NCBI GenBank assembly: GCA_963708025.1
Contig: CAVPSB010000019.1
Span: 32,001-96,000 of the forward strand
DNA length: 64,000 nt
Direction: 5' to 3'
Source of the DNA: an uncultured Candidatus Rokubacteria bacterium
GTDB taxonomy: Bacteria > Methylomirabilota > Methylomirabilia > Rokubacteriales > DASRDR01
Of this stretch, positions 40,895 to 51,292 are shown piece by piece. Numbering within the stretch: position 1 is the first letter of the stretch; every line of letters begins with the position of its first letter. Both the position numbers and the translations under genes were made by a program. The notes under the pieces were generated by a model. That model searched no databases. It was not told where the DNA came from and saw nothing but the letters and a program-made list of their open reading frames with translations.

Positions 40895-41703
40895 ATGCAG
40901 CTGAGCGGACTCGGGGTCGGGTCGCGGTGGTGACCGGCGCGGCCAGCGGCATCGGGCGCGCCGTCGCCCATCGCCTCGCCAGGGAGGGCGTCCGCCTGGC
41001 GGTGGTCGACGTCTACCGGGCCGGCCTGGAGCCGCTCGGCCGCCAGCTCGACGGCGTGGCCGTGCGCCCGTTCGTCGCGGACCTGACCGACCCCGGCGAG
41101 GTCGCCGACCTCGCCCATCGGGTCACCGGCGAGCTGGGCGCGCCGGACTTCCTCGTCAACGTCGCCGGCGGGCCGGTCGCTCCCAGCCACGACGACCCGC
41201 TGCCCGCGTATCCGGAGCACGCCTGGCCGATCGAGGCGATCGACCCGGCCGGCTGGGGCCGGATCCTGGCCGTGAACCTCACGACGGCGTACCTGGTGTG
41301 CCGCGCGTTCGTGCCGGGGATGAAGGCCCGCCGGTCCGGCCGCATCGTCAACTTCACGTCGATCGCCGCCCGCAAGGGCAGCGAAAGGGTCGGGGTCCAC
41401 TACGCCGCGGCCAAGGGCGGGGTGATCGGCCTGACCAAGACGCTCGCGCTGGAGCTGGGCCCCCACGGCATCACCGTGAACGCGATCGCGCCGGGCTACA
41501 TCAACACGGAGCGCTTCGAGGCCATCGCCTGGGGGCGGAAGGAGCCCGCGCAGGAGCGGGCCCTGCTCGACGCCATCCCGCTCGGGCGCCTGGGCCGTCC
41601 CGACGACGTCGGCGGGGTGGTGGCGGTGCTCTGCTCCGACGCCGGCGGCCACGTCTCGGGGGCCACGATCGACGTCAACGGCGGCCTCTACTTCGGCCCC
41701 TGA
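40895..41703 (+). CDS. SDR oxidoreductase (FabG-like), probable 1-nt loss in a G-run near 40915
   Basis: MQLSGLG/GRVAVVTGAASGIG, YAAAKGG, IDVNGG. Confidence 0.88.
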
Positions 41704-41744
41704 CCCTCCGAAGGCGCTACTAGCGCCGCCGCGGGGCTGGGAGG

Positions 41745-41870
41745 CGGCGCGGTCGCGCCCGGCGGCGCCCGCCCTTCCCGCTCGCTTGACCCGGTGAGCG
41801 CGGCGAGGATCGCGCGGATCGCCTTGGGGTCCTCGACCGTCGCGATCAACCGCAGCCGCCCGGGGCAACA
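41745..41870 (-). mobile_element. IS91-family transposase C-terminal remnant
   Basis: CPGRLRLIATVEDPKAIRAILAAL...GRAPP, homologous to the remnant near 16.45 kb. Confidence 0.65.
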
Positions 41871-42049
41871 TGACCGTCCATGGGCCGCTGGCCCACCCTA
41901 GAACGGCGTCGCCATCCATTTTCTGAGCAATGCCCAATCTCAGCCATGGCCCCCCCGGGGGGGCTGACCTCGCTCGTCCCGGTGGGCCTCTCCATGGCCG
42001 GCCGGAACGCGATGTACTTCACCGCCGGCGGCAGCACCTCGTCCGGAAG

Positions 42050-42124
42050 GGGGCCGTCCACACCCTGCACGAGGACAACCCCGGGGCGGTCCTGGCCGCG
42101 CTGAAGGACTTCCTCGGATTCTGA
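42050..42124 (+). pseudogene. Alpha/beta hydrolase C-terminal stub
   Basis: GAVHTLHEDNPGAVLAALKDFL. Confidence 0.4.
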
Positions 42125-43002
42125 CCGGCCGGAAGGACTCCGGCTGGCCCCCGCACCGGCGGCAGACCGCCGCCGGACACGTCGGCCGCGGCGTCCCGCG
42201 CCTCCGCGCCCGACCGATCCTCCACGACGCTCGGCAGGCAGCCGACCGTCACCTGCTGTCTCCCCGGGAGACAGGGCGTCTTCTCTCTGTCATCGGGGCG
42301 TCGTTCTGGCTCGTCCCGGAGTTTGTCAATTTCTTGTGAACTGGTCGACGGACGCGACGTGGAACGCCGCCGAAGTCAGGGAAGGATCCAGGGGGCGCCC
42401 TCTCGCGGAAATCTGGCGCCCGCCGATCTTTTTCACGAGCTCCCCCTCGTCGACGTGAGTGCGCGTCGCCCGGTGGGACGCAGTGGCATTCCGTCGAGAT
42501 CCACGAGCCGCGACGGGCCCGCGCGTCACCGGCACGAGCGTTGCACGGCGCAGGCCGACGCGAGCCGACGACTCGGTGGAGGGCTTCATTTCGACCGCGA
42601 TCCTCTCTTCCCTCCCGAGGCGAGCTCGGCGGGTCCGTACCCGGCCGCCGATCAGCCCCGAGGCGACGGCGTTTGCGAAGGCGGGCGAGCCCTGGTACGC
42701 CGGCATCACGGCCGGGACCTAGGTCGGCGCCGCCCGGCGCGAGCCGGGCACGGTCACCCTGGAGGGTCATTGTCAGATGATCCACCGCACCCCCACCGCG
42801 CACGTCCACGAACGCGCTGGGCACCCCAGGCCAGCCGCCGAGCCAGTCCCGGAGTGTCTCGTTTTGAACAGCCAGGTGGCGACGCGGTTGCTATCTTGGC
42901 GCCGCCTGCACCTAGGCCTTTCGGGTCGGCGCTCGCCGACGGCGGCTTGCCGCCCAACCATCACAGACCCCGGCTTGCGGGCTACGAACTAGGAGGTTCG
43001 CA

Positions 43003-43758
43003 ATGAAGATCGTCGTGATCGGCGGCACCGGCCTGATCGGCTCGAAGACCGTCGCCATTCTGCGCCAAGGCGGCCACGAGGTCGTCGCCGCCTCACCCGA
43101 TACCGGAGTCAACAGCATCACCGGCGAGGGCCTCAAAGAGGCCATGGCCGGCACGCAAGTGGTGATCGACCTGGCCAACTCGCCCTCATGGGAAGACGAG
43201 GCGGTGCTGGAATTCTTCGAGATCTCCGGCCGCAACCTTTCCGCGGCGGAGGCCGCAGCGGGCGTCCGGCACCATGTCGCGGTCTCCATCGTCGGAACGG
43301 ACCGGATGCCCGACAACGGCTATTTCCGCGCCAAGGTCGCCCAGGAGAAACTGATCGAGAAATCCAGCATCCCCTACACCATCATCCGCTCGACCCAGTT
43401 CATGGAATTCCTCGGCGGCATCGCCGCTTCAGGTACGGATGGAAACATGGTCAGGCTTTCGCCCGGCCTGTTCCAGCCCATCGCGTCGGATGACGTGGCT
43501 GCGCTCGTCGCCGATGTGGCGCTCGCGGCGCCACGAGGCGGCATCGTCGAGATCGCCGGCCCGGAACGCGCACCGCTCAGCGAAATCATCGCCCGCTATC
43601 TGAAGGCGCTCGGCGACCCGCGTACGGTCGTGAGCGACCCCGAGGCTCGATACTTCGGGGGCCGCGTCGAGGAGCGCTCGCTCGTGCCGCTGGGCGAAGC
43701 GCGCCTCGGCCGCATCGGTCTCGACGAATGGATCCGCCGCTCCCAGACAAAAGCCTGA
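43003..43758 (+). CDS. NmrA-like/atypical SDR NAD(P)-binding protein
   Basis: MKIVVIGGTGLIGSK, GYFRAKVAQE; AGGAGG RBS. Confidence 0.92.
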   Translation: MKIVVIGGTGLIGSKTVAILRQGGHEVVAASPDTGVNSITGEGLKEAMAGTQVVIDLANSPSWEDEAVLEFFEISGRNLSAAEAAAGVRHHVAVSIVGTDRMPDNGYFRAKVAQEKLIEKSSIPYTIIRSTQFMEFLGGIAASGTDGNMVRLSPGLFQPIASDDVAALVADVALAAPRGGIVEIAGPERAPLSEIIARYLKALGDPRTVVSDPEARYFGGRVEERSLVPLGEARLGRIGLDEWIRRSQTKA

Positions 43759-43785
43759 TCCTGCGGACGAACGAAGGAGGCGACC

Positions 43786-44175
43786 ATGACGACCACACTC
43801 GTTGCGTTGGTTCTGCTATGCCTCATGACCGGCACGGCGATGGCTCAGCCGCCCACGGTCACGTCGCTCATGTCGAAAGATCTTCCGGAGAGTCCCGGCA
43901 GGGAAGTTCTGATGATCACGGTAGAGCATGCGCCCGGCGGGTCGAACCCTAGCCACCGACACAATGCCCATGCGGTTGTTTACGTCCTGGAGGGCTCCGT
44001 TGTGATGCAGGTGAAGGGTGGAAAAGAGGTCACGCTGACACCAGGACAGACCTTCTATGAAGGCCCCAACGATGTCCATGTCGTTGACCGGAACGCAAGC
44101 AGTACCAGGCCGGCGAAATTCCTGGTGGTCATCATCAAGGACAAGGGCGCTCCGGTGCTCCTGCCAGTAGAGTGA
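43786..44175 (+). CDS. Secreted cupin-domain protein
   Basis: Signal peptide; HRHNAHAVVYVLEG, FYEGPNDVH. Confidence 0.9.
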   Translation: MTTTLVALVLLCLMTGTAMAQPPTVTSLMSKDLPESPGREVLMITVEHAPGGSNPSHRHNAHAVVYVLEGSVVMQVKGGKEVTLTPGQTFYEGPNDVHVVDRNASSTRPAKFLVVIIKDKGAPVLLPVE

Positions 44176-44217
44176 ATGTCGAGCCTGGGCCTCCTTCCGT
44201 CGTGAGGGTCCTTCTGG

Positions 44218-44621
44218 CTACGCTAGCTCCTCCAGCAACGCCTTGGCCTCCTGGAGATCGGCGGTGTCAAAGCTCGGTAAACCACGCATAGAACACATGG
44301 CGGGCCCGCGGCGGCCGTCCCCGCTGTAGAGGAGCTCGGCAGCCACCAGCTGTCCCAGCCCCGCCTGCAAGGTGTCTTCGTCTTGCGGGGCGATACCCTG
44401 GACCAGGTCGTAGGTCACTCTTGTCGAAATTAAATTCAGGACAGCAGGAGCCGGCAACCTCATCTCGCCCCGGGTCCGATCTTGTCCAATACTCCAGCAA
44501 ATCGCGCGGTGCCCCCGCCGGTTCCCGACCAACTTGGACAGCAGTGGTCGTAGGTGAACTCCCGCCCCAGGACCGCTCCGAGCTGCGCGACCTCTTTGGC
44601 GGCCGGGAGCTGATCCAGGCG
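44218..44621 (-). pseudogene. Remnant of an AAA/TPR adenylate-cyclase-type gene, interrupted by a MITE and internally deleted
   Basis: RLDQLPAAKEVAQLGAVLGREFTYD/LVQGIAP...QLVAAELLY, then FDTADLQEAKALLEELA. Confidence 0.8.
44416..44546. mobile_element. 131-bp MITE with imperfect TIRs and a 9-bp TSD
   Basis: GTCGTAGGT at 44407-44415 and 44547-44555; ends CACTCTTGTCGAAATT and (rc) CACTGCTGTCCAAGTT. Confidence 0.85.
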
Positions 44622-44746
44622 GCGCTCCTTCCCCTCCCGGTGGCGCCCGTATTGTAGATCGAGAGCCGCGACAACGGCCGCGCGCGAGGCCGGCCCGGGT
44701 TGCCGTGTGGTATGATCCCGCCCGCGAGAGGAGGTCGTCCATCGTG

Positions 44747-45535
44747 ATGACGGAGGCGTCGGCCGGCCGGGAGCGCGCGCTCATCGTCCGCGGCCGCAAG
44801 GTCCAGCTCTTCGAGGGGGGGGCGGGCCGCCCGCTTCTCTACCTGCACGGCGCCGGCACCTACGGGTGGATGCCCGTCCACGATCGGCTGGCCCGGAGCC
44901 GCCGGGTCCTGCTGCCCGTGCATCCCGGCTTCGGCGCCTCCGAGGGGTTCGAGGCGATCGAGTCGATGGAGGACCTCGTCTTCCACACGGCGGACGTCCT
45001 CGACGCCCTCGGCCTCCAGCGCGCCGACGTGGTGGGGCTGTCGCTGGGCGGCTGGCTGGCCGCCGAGCTGGCCCTGCGCCATCCCGCCCGCGTGGGCCGT
45101 CTCGTGCTGGTGGACGCCCCGGGCGTCCGGGTGCCCGGGGTGCCCATGGCGGACGTCTTCATGGCCTCGCCCCCGAAGGCCCGGGCGCTCCTCTTCCACG
45201 ATCCCGCATCGAGCGTCGCCACCGCGCTCCTCCCCGACGCGCCGCCGCCCGAGCGCCTGGAGGCGGTCCTGCGCGGGCGCGAGGCGGCCGCCCGGCTCCT
45301 GTGGAACCCGGCGCACCAGCACCGCAAGCTGACGGAGCGGCTCTGGCGGATCCCGGCGCCGACGCTGGTCGTGTGGGGGGCCGACGATCGGCTGATCCCG
45401 CCCGCCTACGGCGAGGCCTGGGCGCGCGGCATTCCCGGCGCCCGGCTGGTCACGATCGAGCGCAGCGGGCACCTCCCGCCGCTCGAGCAGCCGGAGCGCT
45501 TCGCCGAGGTCGTGCTCGGCTTCCTGGACGAGTAG
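44747..45535 (+). CDS. Alpha/beta hydrolase
   Basis: LHGAG, HPGFGAS, GLSLGG, WGADD, SGHLP. Confidence 0.9.
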   Translation: MTEASAGRERALIVRGRKVQLFEGGAGRPLLYLHGAGTYGWMPVHDRLARSRRVLLPVHPGFGASEGFEAIESMEDLVFHTADVLDALGLQRADVVGLSLGGWLAAELALRHPARVGRLVLVDAPGVRVPGVPMADVFMASPPKARALLFHDPASSVATALLPDAPPPERLEAVLRGREAAARLLWNPAHQHRKLTERLWRIPAPTLVVWGADDRLIPPAYGEAWARGIPGARLVTIERSGHLPPLEQPERFAEVVLGFLDE

Positions 45536-45546
45536 CGCGGGCGCCC

Positions 45547-46695
45547 ATGTTCTTCGTCTGCTTCCACTTCATGCCGTGGCCGCACCTGCCGCCGGACTTC
45601 GAGCAGCGATACGAGTCGGCCTGGCTCACCTGCCCCAACAGCCTCTACGACCCGGTCCGTGGCCACGCGCTGTACGGCGAGTACCTGGACCAGCTGGCGG
45701 CGGCCGAGGAGCTGGGCTTCGATGCCATCGGGGTCAACGAGCACCACCAGAACGCCTACGGGCTCATGCCCTCGCCGAACGTCATCGCGGCGTGCCTGAG
45801 CCAGCGCACCCGCCGGGTCAAGATCCTCATCCTCGGCAACGCGCTCCCGCTCTACGACCACCCGCTGCGGGTGGCCGAGGAGCTGGCCATGCTCGACGTG
45901 ATCAGCGGCGGCCGCCTGATCGCCGGCATGGTCGTGGGCCTGGGGGTGGAGGCCTACACCTACGAGGTCAACCCCACGTTCTTCCGGGAGCGGTACCGCG
46001 AGGCCCACGACCTGATCGTGGAGGCGTGGACGCGCCCCGGCCCCTTCCACTTCGAGGGCAAGCACTACGACTTCCGGTTCGTCAACGTCTGGCCGCGGCC
46101 GCTGCAGCAGCCGCACCCGCCCATCTGGATCCCCGGCTCGGGCAGCGTGGAGACGATCCGCTGGGTGGCCGAGCGGCGCTACCCGTTCATCGCCCTCCCG
46201 TTCTCGCCGTACCAGGTGATGAAGGAGCACTACGAGCTGCTGCGGGAGTACGCGGCGAAGGAGCTCCGCTACGAGGTGCCGGCCGCCCAGCTCGGCTGGC
46301 CGGTCATCGTCTACGTCGCCGAGACCGACGAGCAGGCGCGCCGCGAGTTCGAGCCCCACTTCTGGTACCTGGCCAAGAAGGCGCTCCGCATGCCGCGCGA
46401 GTTCATGTACCCGCCCGGGCACACCTCGGTGGAGTCGCTCATGCGGGTGGCGGGGCCGAAGCGGAAGTTCGTCACCGCGCTGACCTCCTGGAGCGAGGTG
46501 GAGGAGGGGCTGTACGCGGTGGTGGGCAGTCCGGCCACCGTCGTCGAGCGGATGCGCGGCGTCTTGAAGGAGACCGGCTGCGGGATCGTCCAGGGCATCT
46601 TCCAGGTGGGGAGCATGCCCCACGAGCTGGCGCTGAAGAACATGACGCTCTTCGCCCGCGAGGTGATGCCGAAGCTCCGCGCCGAGTTCGGATGA
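45547..46695 (+). CDS. LLM-class flavin-dependent oxidoreductase
   Basis: AEELGFDAIGVNEHH, RVAEELAMLDVISGGR, PLQQPHPPIW. Confidence 0.92.
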   Translation: MFFVCFHFMPWPHLPPDFEQRYESAWLTCPNSLYDPVRGHALYGEYLDQLAAAEELGFDAIGVNEHHQNAYGLMPSPNVIAACLSQRTRRVKILILGNALPLYDHPLRVAEELAMLDVISGGRLIAGMVVGLGVEAYTYEVNPTFFRERYREAHDLIVEAWTRPGPFHFEGKHYDFRFVNVWPRPLQQPHPPIWIPGSGSVETIRWVAERRYPFIALPFSPYQVMKEHYELLREYAAKELRYEVPAAQLGWPVIVYVAETDEQARREFEPHFWYLAKKALRMPREFMYPPGHTSVESLMRVAGPKRKFVTALTSWSEVEEGLYAVVGSPATVVERMRGVLKETGCGIVQGIFQVGSMPHELALKNMTLFAREVMPKLRAEFG

Positions 46696-46735
46696 GGCTC
46701 CGCACAGTGGAGCTTTGCGACGTGGGATCTGCCTG

Positions 46736-47059
46736 ATGGAGGGCCGTGCAAGCCTGCCCGGGGAGGTCCTCGAGGTGGCGCGCGAGGTGGCAGCGATCGT
46801 CCGGCGTGCCGTCCGCGATCCGCGCTACCGGGTGTTGCTGTTCGGCTCATGGATTGACGGGCGCGCCGGGGAGCGGTCGGACATCGACATCGGCGTCCTC
46901 GGCCCGGCGGAGGTCGATCCCGCCTCCATGAGCGAGATCCGAGAGGCCTGTGAAGCGCTTCCGACGCTCCGCACCATCGACGTCGTGGATCTGGCCACTG
47001 CGGGAAGCGAGCTGCGCCGGGCAGCGGTCTCCGAGGGCCTCGAGGTGACGCCGAGGTGA
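46736..47059 (+). CDS. Minimal nucleotidyltransferase (MNT antitoxin)
   Basis: LFGSWIDGRAGERSDID = GSX10DXD. Confidence 0.88.
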   Translation: MEGRASLPGEVLEVAREVAAIVRRAVRDPRYRVLLFGSWIDGRAGERSDIDIGVLGPAEVDPASMSEIREACEALPTLRTIDVVDLATAGSELRRAAVSEGLEVTPR

Positions 47060-47484
47060 GCTCGAAGGAGCCGTCGCGGACCGCGCTCCTGGCCCGGGCG
47101 CTCGGTCGGCTCGAGGACGGTCTCGCCCGGCCCGAGGACGCGATCGTCCGGGACGCGTGCATCCAGCGGTTCGAGTTCACGTTCGAGATGGCCTGGCGGG
47201 CCATCCAGTCGCGGGCGCGCGCGGAGGGTGTCGAGTGCGTCTCGCCGCGCGACTGCTTCCGCACGGCGTTCCGACTGGGGCTCCTCGGCAACGACCCCCG
47301 GTGGCTTGCCATGGTCGAAGACCGAAACAGGACGACTCACGTCTACGACGACGAGACCGCGCAGAAGGTGTACCGGGCTCTCGGGGGTTACGCGGAGCTC
47401 CTGAAGGGACTGCTCACCAGGCTCCAGGGCCTCGAGCGGCGGGCTGCCGACGAGAGCGCCGGAGGCGGCCTCGCCGATGGCTGA
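47056..47484 (+). CDS. HEPN (HI0074-family) protein
   Basis: RDACIQRFEFTFEMAW, SPRDCFR, RNRTTHVY = RX4HXY. Confidence 0.9.
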   Translation: MSSKEPSRTALLARALGRLEDGLARPEDAIVRDACIQRFEFTFEMAWRAIQSRARAEGVECVSPRDCFRTAFRLGLLGNDPRWLAMVEDRNRTTHVYDDETAQKVYRALGGYAELLKGLLTRLQGLERRAADESAGGGLADG

Positions 47485-47721
47485 GGAGCGAGCTCGCCGC
47501 AGGGAGCTGGATTGGCTGAACTCGCAGGTCCCGCCGGACGTTCGGGACCTGGAGGACCGTCACCGGGACGGCTATGTTCGCGCCCCCGTCGAGCCCGGAG
47601 AGTTCGACGTCTGGGAATCAGAGCAGTCCTGGGGCGATGAATGAGGCGCGGCGAAATCCGCTGGCAATTGGTGCGGACCATCCTGCTGGGTGAACGTTCA
47701 CTCTCGACGGGCTTCAAATGA
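47477..47721 (+). pseudogene. Antitoxin C-terminus plus MazF/PemK N-terminal stub
   Basis: LEDRHRDGYVRAPVEPGEFDVWESEQSWGDE stop, ATGA overlap with MRRGEIRW, which then loses similarity. Confidence 0.6.
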
Positions 47722-50700
47722 AGTGTGCTCGCTGCCAGGCGGAGAACGACGAGGGCGCACGGTTCTGTGAGGACTGCGGTGCCCGGCTGGAACTCGTTTG
47801 TCCCCGGTGTGGTGAGGTCGTCGGAGCGGGCAAGAGGTTCTGCCGATCGTGCGGGGCCGCGTTGGCCCCCGAGCCGCCCAGCCTTTCCTCGCCCCAGGCG
47901 TATACGCCGAGGCACCTCGCCGAGAAGATCCTCACCTCGCGGAGCTCGATCGAGGGCGAGCGCAAGCCGGTCACCGTCCTGTTCTGCGATCTGGCCAACT
48001 CCACGGCGCTCGCTGGCCGCCTGGGGCCGGACGCGATGCACGGTCTCCTCAACCGCTTCTTCGAGCTGGCCCTCGGCGAGATCCACCGCTACGAGGGGAC
48101 CATCAACCAGTTCCTCGGCGACGGGTTCATGGCGCTCTTCGGCGCCCCCCTCGCCCACGAGGACCACGCCCGCCGGGCGGTCCTGGCCGCGCTGGGGCTC
48201 TCCCGGGCGATTCGCGAGCAGCGCTCGCTCCTCGGGGCGCCGGCGGATGCGGAGCTGACGGTGCGGCTCGGGCTGAACACGGGGTTCGTCGTGGTCGGCC
48301 GCATTGGGGACAACCTGCGGATGGACTACACCGCGGTCGGCGACACCACTCACCTGGCCGCGCGCATGCAGCAACTCGGAGAGCCGGGCGACATCCTCGT
48401 CACCGAGGCGACCGCCCGCCTCGTCACCGGCTATGTCCGGCTCGAGGTGCTGGAGCCGGTGGCGGTCAAGGGCCGGACCGAGCCGCTGACGCCCTACAAG
48501 GTGGTCGCGCTCGGCCGGCGGCGGTCGCCGTTGGAGGGGCTGGAGGAGCGGGCGCTCAGCCGCTTCGTCGGCCGGGAGCGCGAGGTCGCCACGCTGCAGG
48601 AGCTGCTGGCCGAGGTCGAGGCGGGGCGGGGCCAGGTCGTCGGGATCGTCGGGGAGCCGGGCGTCGGCAAGTCACGGCTCCTCATCGAGTTCCGCCGGAG
48701 CCTCGCCGGCCGGCGCGTCACCTACCTGGAGGGCCGCTGCCTCTCCTTCGGCAACACGATTCCGTACCTGCCGGTGCTCGACATCGTGCGAAGCAACTAC
48801 GGCATCGTCGAGATGGACGATCCGGCCGCCACCGCCGAGAAGCTCCGCCTCGGACTCGGCGAGGTCGGCCTCGAGCCAGAGGCGGGGCTGCCTTATCTTC
48901 TTCGCCTCTTCGGCCTCGCGGACGGCACCGACCAGCTAGCGATGCTGAGCCCGGAGGCCATCAAGGCGCGAACGTTCGAGACCCTCTGCCAGCTGAGCCT
49001 CAAGGGAAGCCAGCGCCGGCCCTTGATCTTCGCCGTCGAGGACCTCCACTGGATCGACCAGACCTCCCAGGACTACTTCGCCGCGCTCGTCGAGGCGCTG
49101 GCGGGGGCGCCGATCCTCATGGTGGGCACGTACCGGCCTGGCTACCGCCCGCCGTGGATGGACAAGTCGTACACGACGCAGCTGTCCCTCCACCGGCTCA
49201 CCGCCCGGGACAGTCTCAGCGTCGTGCGCTCGGTGCTGCCGGAAGAACGGCTCCCCGACCCCCTGGCCCAGGTGATCCTCGATAAGGCGGAAGGGAATCC
49301 CTTCTTCCTCGAGGAGCTGACGCGGGCGGTGGCCGAGCATCCGAGCCCACCGGGGGAACTGACCGTCCCGGACACCATCCACGGCGTGCTCATGGCGCGG
49401 ATCGACCGGCTGGCCGAGGAGCCCAAGCGCGTCCTCCAGACGGCCTCGGTCTTCGGTCGCGAGTTCTCCCTGCGCCTCCTAGCCGCGATCTGGGAGGGAC
49501 CTGGCGCCTTGGAGCCGTACCTGCTGGAGCTCCGGCGGCTGGAGTTTCTCCACGAGCGCCTGGGCGCCAGCGAGCCAACCTACGCCTTCAAGCACGCGCT
49601 CACCCAGGACGTGGCCTACGACAGCCTCCTGCTCTCGCGCCGGCAGGCGCTCCACGCGGCGGCCGGCCGGGCGATCGAGAGCCTCTACGCCGAGCGCCTC
49701 GACGACGTGGCGGAGCGGCTCGCGCACCACTACGGGCGGACCGAGGCGGCCGACAAGGCTGTCGAGTACCTGATCCGGTCGGCGGACAAGGCCGCGCTGG
49801 TCTACGCGAACGCCGACGCGGTGAAGGCACTCGAGGAGGCCCTGCGCCACGTTGACCGTCTTCCCCCGTCGGCCCAGGACCGACCCCTCATCGCAATCGT
49901 GCTCAGGCTCGCGCACTCCTTCTACTTCGTGGGCCGTATCCGGGACACCCTGGATCTCTTGCTGCGGCATCAGGCACGGCTCGAGAGTCTCCAGGACCCT
50001 GCGCTCGCCGGCCCGTACCACTTCTGGCTCAGCCATACCTACAGCTATCTTTCGGAATACGAGCGTGCGTCCGAGCTCGCCCGACAGGCGCTGGAAGAGG
50101 CCACCCGCTGTGGGGATGAGGCCACTTCGGGCAAGGCGCATTACATGGTGGCCCGGATCGGGTTGGGCGCGGGTCACTTCCGCCAGGGCGTCGAGCACGG
50201 TTCGACGCGCAATCCCGCTCCTCGAGCGGGCCGAGGACTGGCTCTGGCTCGGTCAGGCCCATTGGGCGGTGGGAGTCAATCATCAGCTCCTGGGCGAGTT
50301 CGATGCTGCGCTCGAAGCGTACGGGCGAGCGCATGCGATCGGAGAAGCCCGCGGAGACCCTCGGGTCCAGACGTATGCGGAATGGGCCAGCGGATGGGCC
50401 TACGCGACCCGCGGAGACTGCGATACGGCGATCGAGATCTGTCGCCGGAGCGAGGAGCGCTCGCGGGACGCCTACAACACGGCGGCGGCGACCGGCTGGC
50501 TGGGCTACGCCTATCTGGAGAAGGGCGACGCTCAGGAAGCCCTGCGCCGGCTCGAGTGGGCGACCCAGCAGATCCGCCAGTTCGGGTACACGGCCATCGT
50601 CACCTGGTTCCATGGGTGGTGGGGGGAGGCGTTGCGTCTGGCCGGTGACCCGGACAAGGCGCGCGAGGTCGCCATGGAAGGCGTGGAGCAGGCCTCCCAG

Positions 50701-51030
50701 GGTCGGGTCCTGTACGGTGCCGGCTTCAACCGGAGGGTCCTGGGCCGCCTGGCCCAGGACGCCGGCGACCATCCCGGGGCCGAGGAGCACCTGCGTGAAG
50801 CGCTGGACGCTTTCACGGCGGTCGAGTCGCGGTTCGAGGTCGGACGCAGCCATCTCGACCTGGCCGCGCTCGCTCAGGCTCGCGGGTACGGGGACGAGGT
50901 TCGCCGGCACGTCCACCAAGCCCGCGCGATCTTCGTCGCCTTGCGAGTGCCCGTATACGTGGAGCGCACCGAGCGTCTCGCCGCTCAACTGGGACTCGTC
51001 CTCGGCTCGGGGGGTGCTCCGTCAGCCTGA
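47718..51030 (+). CDS. Double zinc ribbon + class III cyclase + AAA ATPase + TPR protein, frameshift near 50200
   Basis: CARC...FCEDCG, VLFCDLANST, FLGDG, GEPGVGKS, EDLHWID, GNPFFLEE; continues in ORF 49852-51030. Confidence 0.9.
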
Positions 51031-51246
51031 GCCCCGTCGTCCTTCGTTCAGATTTTGCTAGCCCCCTCCGAGGGGACATCCTAGGGACTGCAGAGGTATC
51101 CGCGAGGGGTGGGCTCAGAATGCTGCAACCCCCTTAGAACTTACTGTTCTAAGGACTGGAGCTGCCAGAAAACAAAAGGCTCTAGGCTGGTCACGCCGCG
51201 ACGCACGAGATCGTTAACGCCCTTGGCACGAGAGCAGATGTGTGCC

Positions 51247-51280
51247 TTCGACTGCCAGGGGTTCAGGTCGATGGCCCCGA
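51247..51280 (+). repeat. Exact 34-bp direct repeat of 51744-51777
   Basis: TTCGACTGCCAGGGGTTCAGGTCGATGGCCCCGA at both sites; flanks unrelated. Confidence 0.95.
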
Positions 51281-51292
51281 CCAAATGTGGGT

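Noticed and set aside
42249-42992. ORFs in the gap upstream of the NmrA-like gene
   Set aside because: No recognisable motifs or RBS; probably degraded DNA
46736-51030. MNT-HEPN plus cyclase/AAA/TPR as one anti-phage system (Avs/Pycsar-like)
   Set aside because: TA debris separates them, and this cyclase architecture appears to be a common paralogous family here; no effector pairing is visible
51247-51283. tRNA 3' end or att site (GGTTC...CCCCGACCA)
   Set aside because: The T-stem does not pair and the sequence is explained as a copy of cyclase coding DNA
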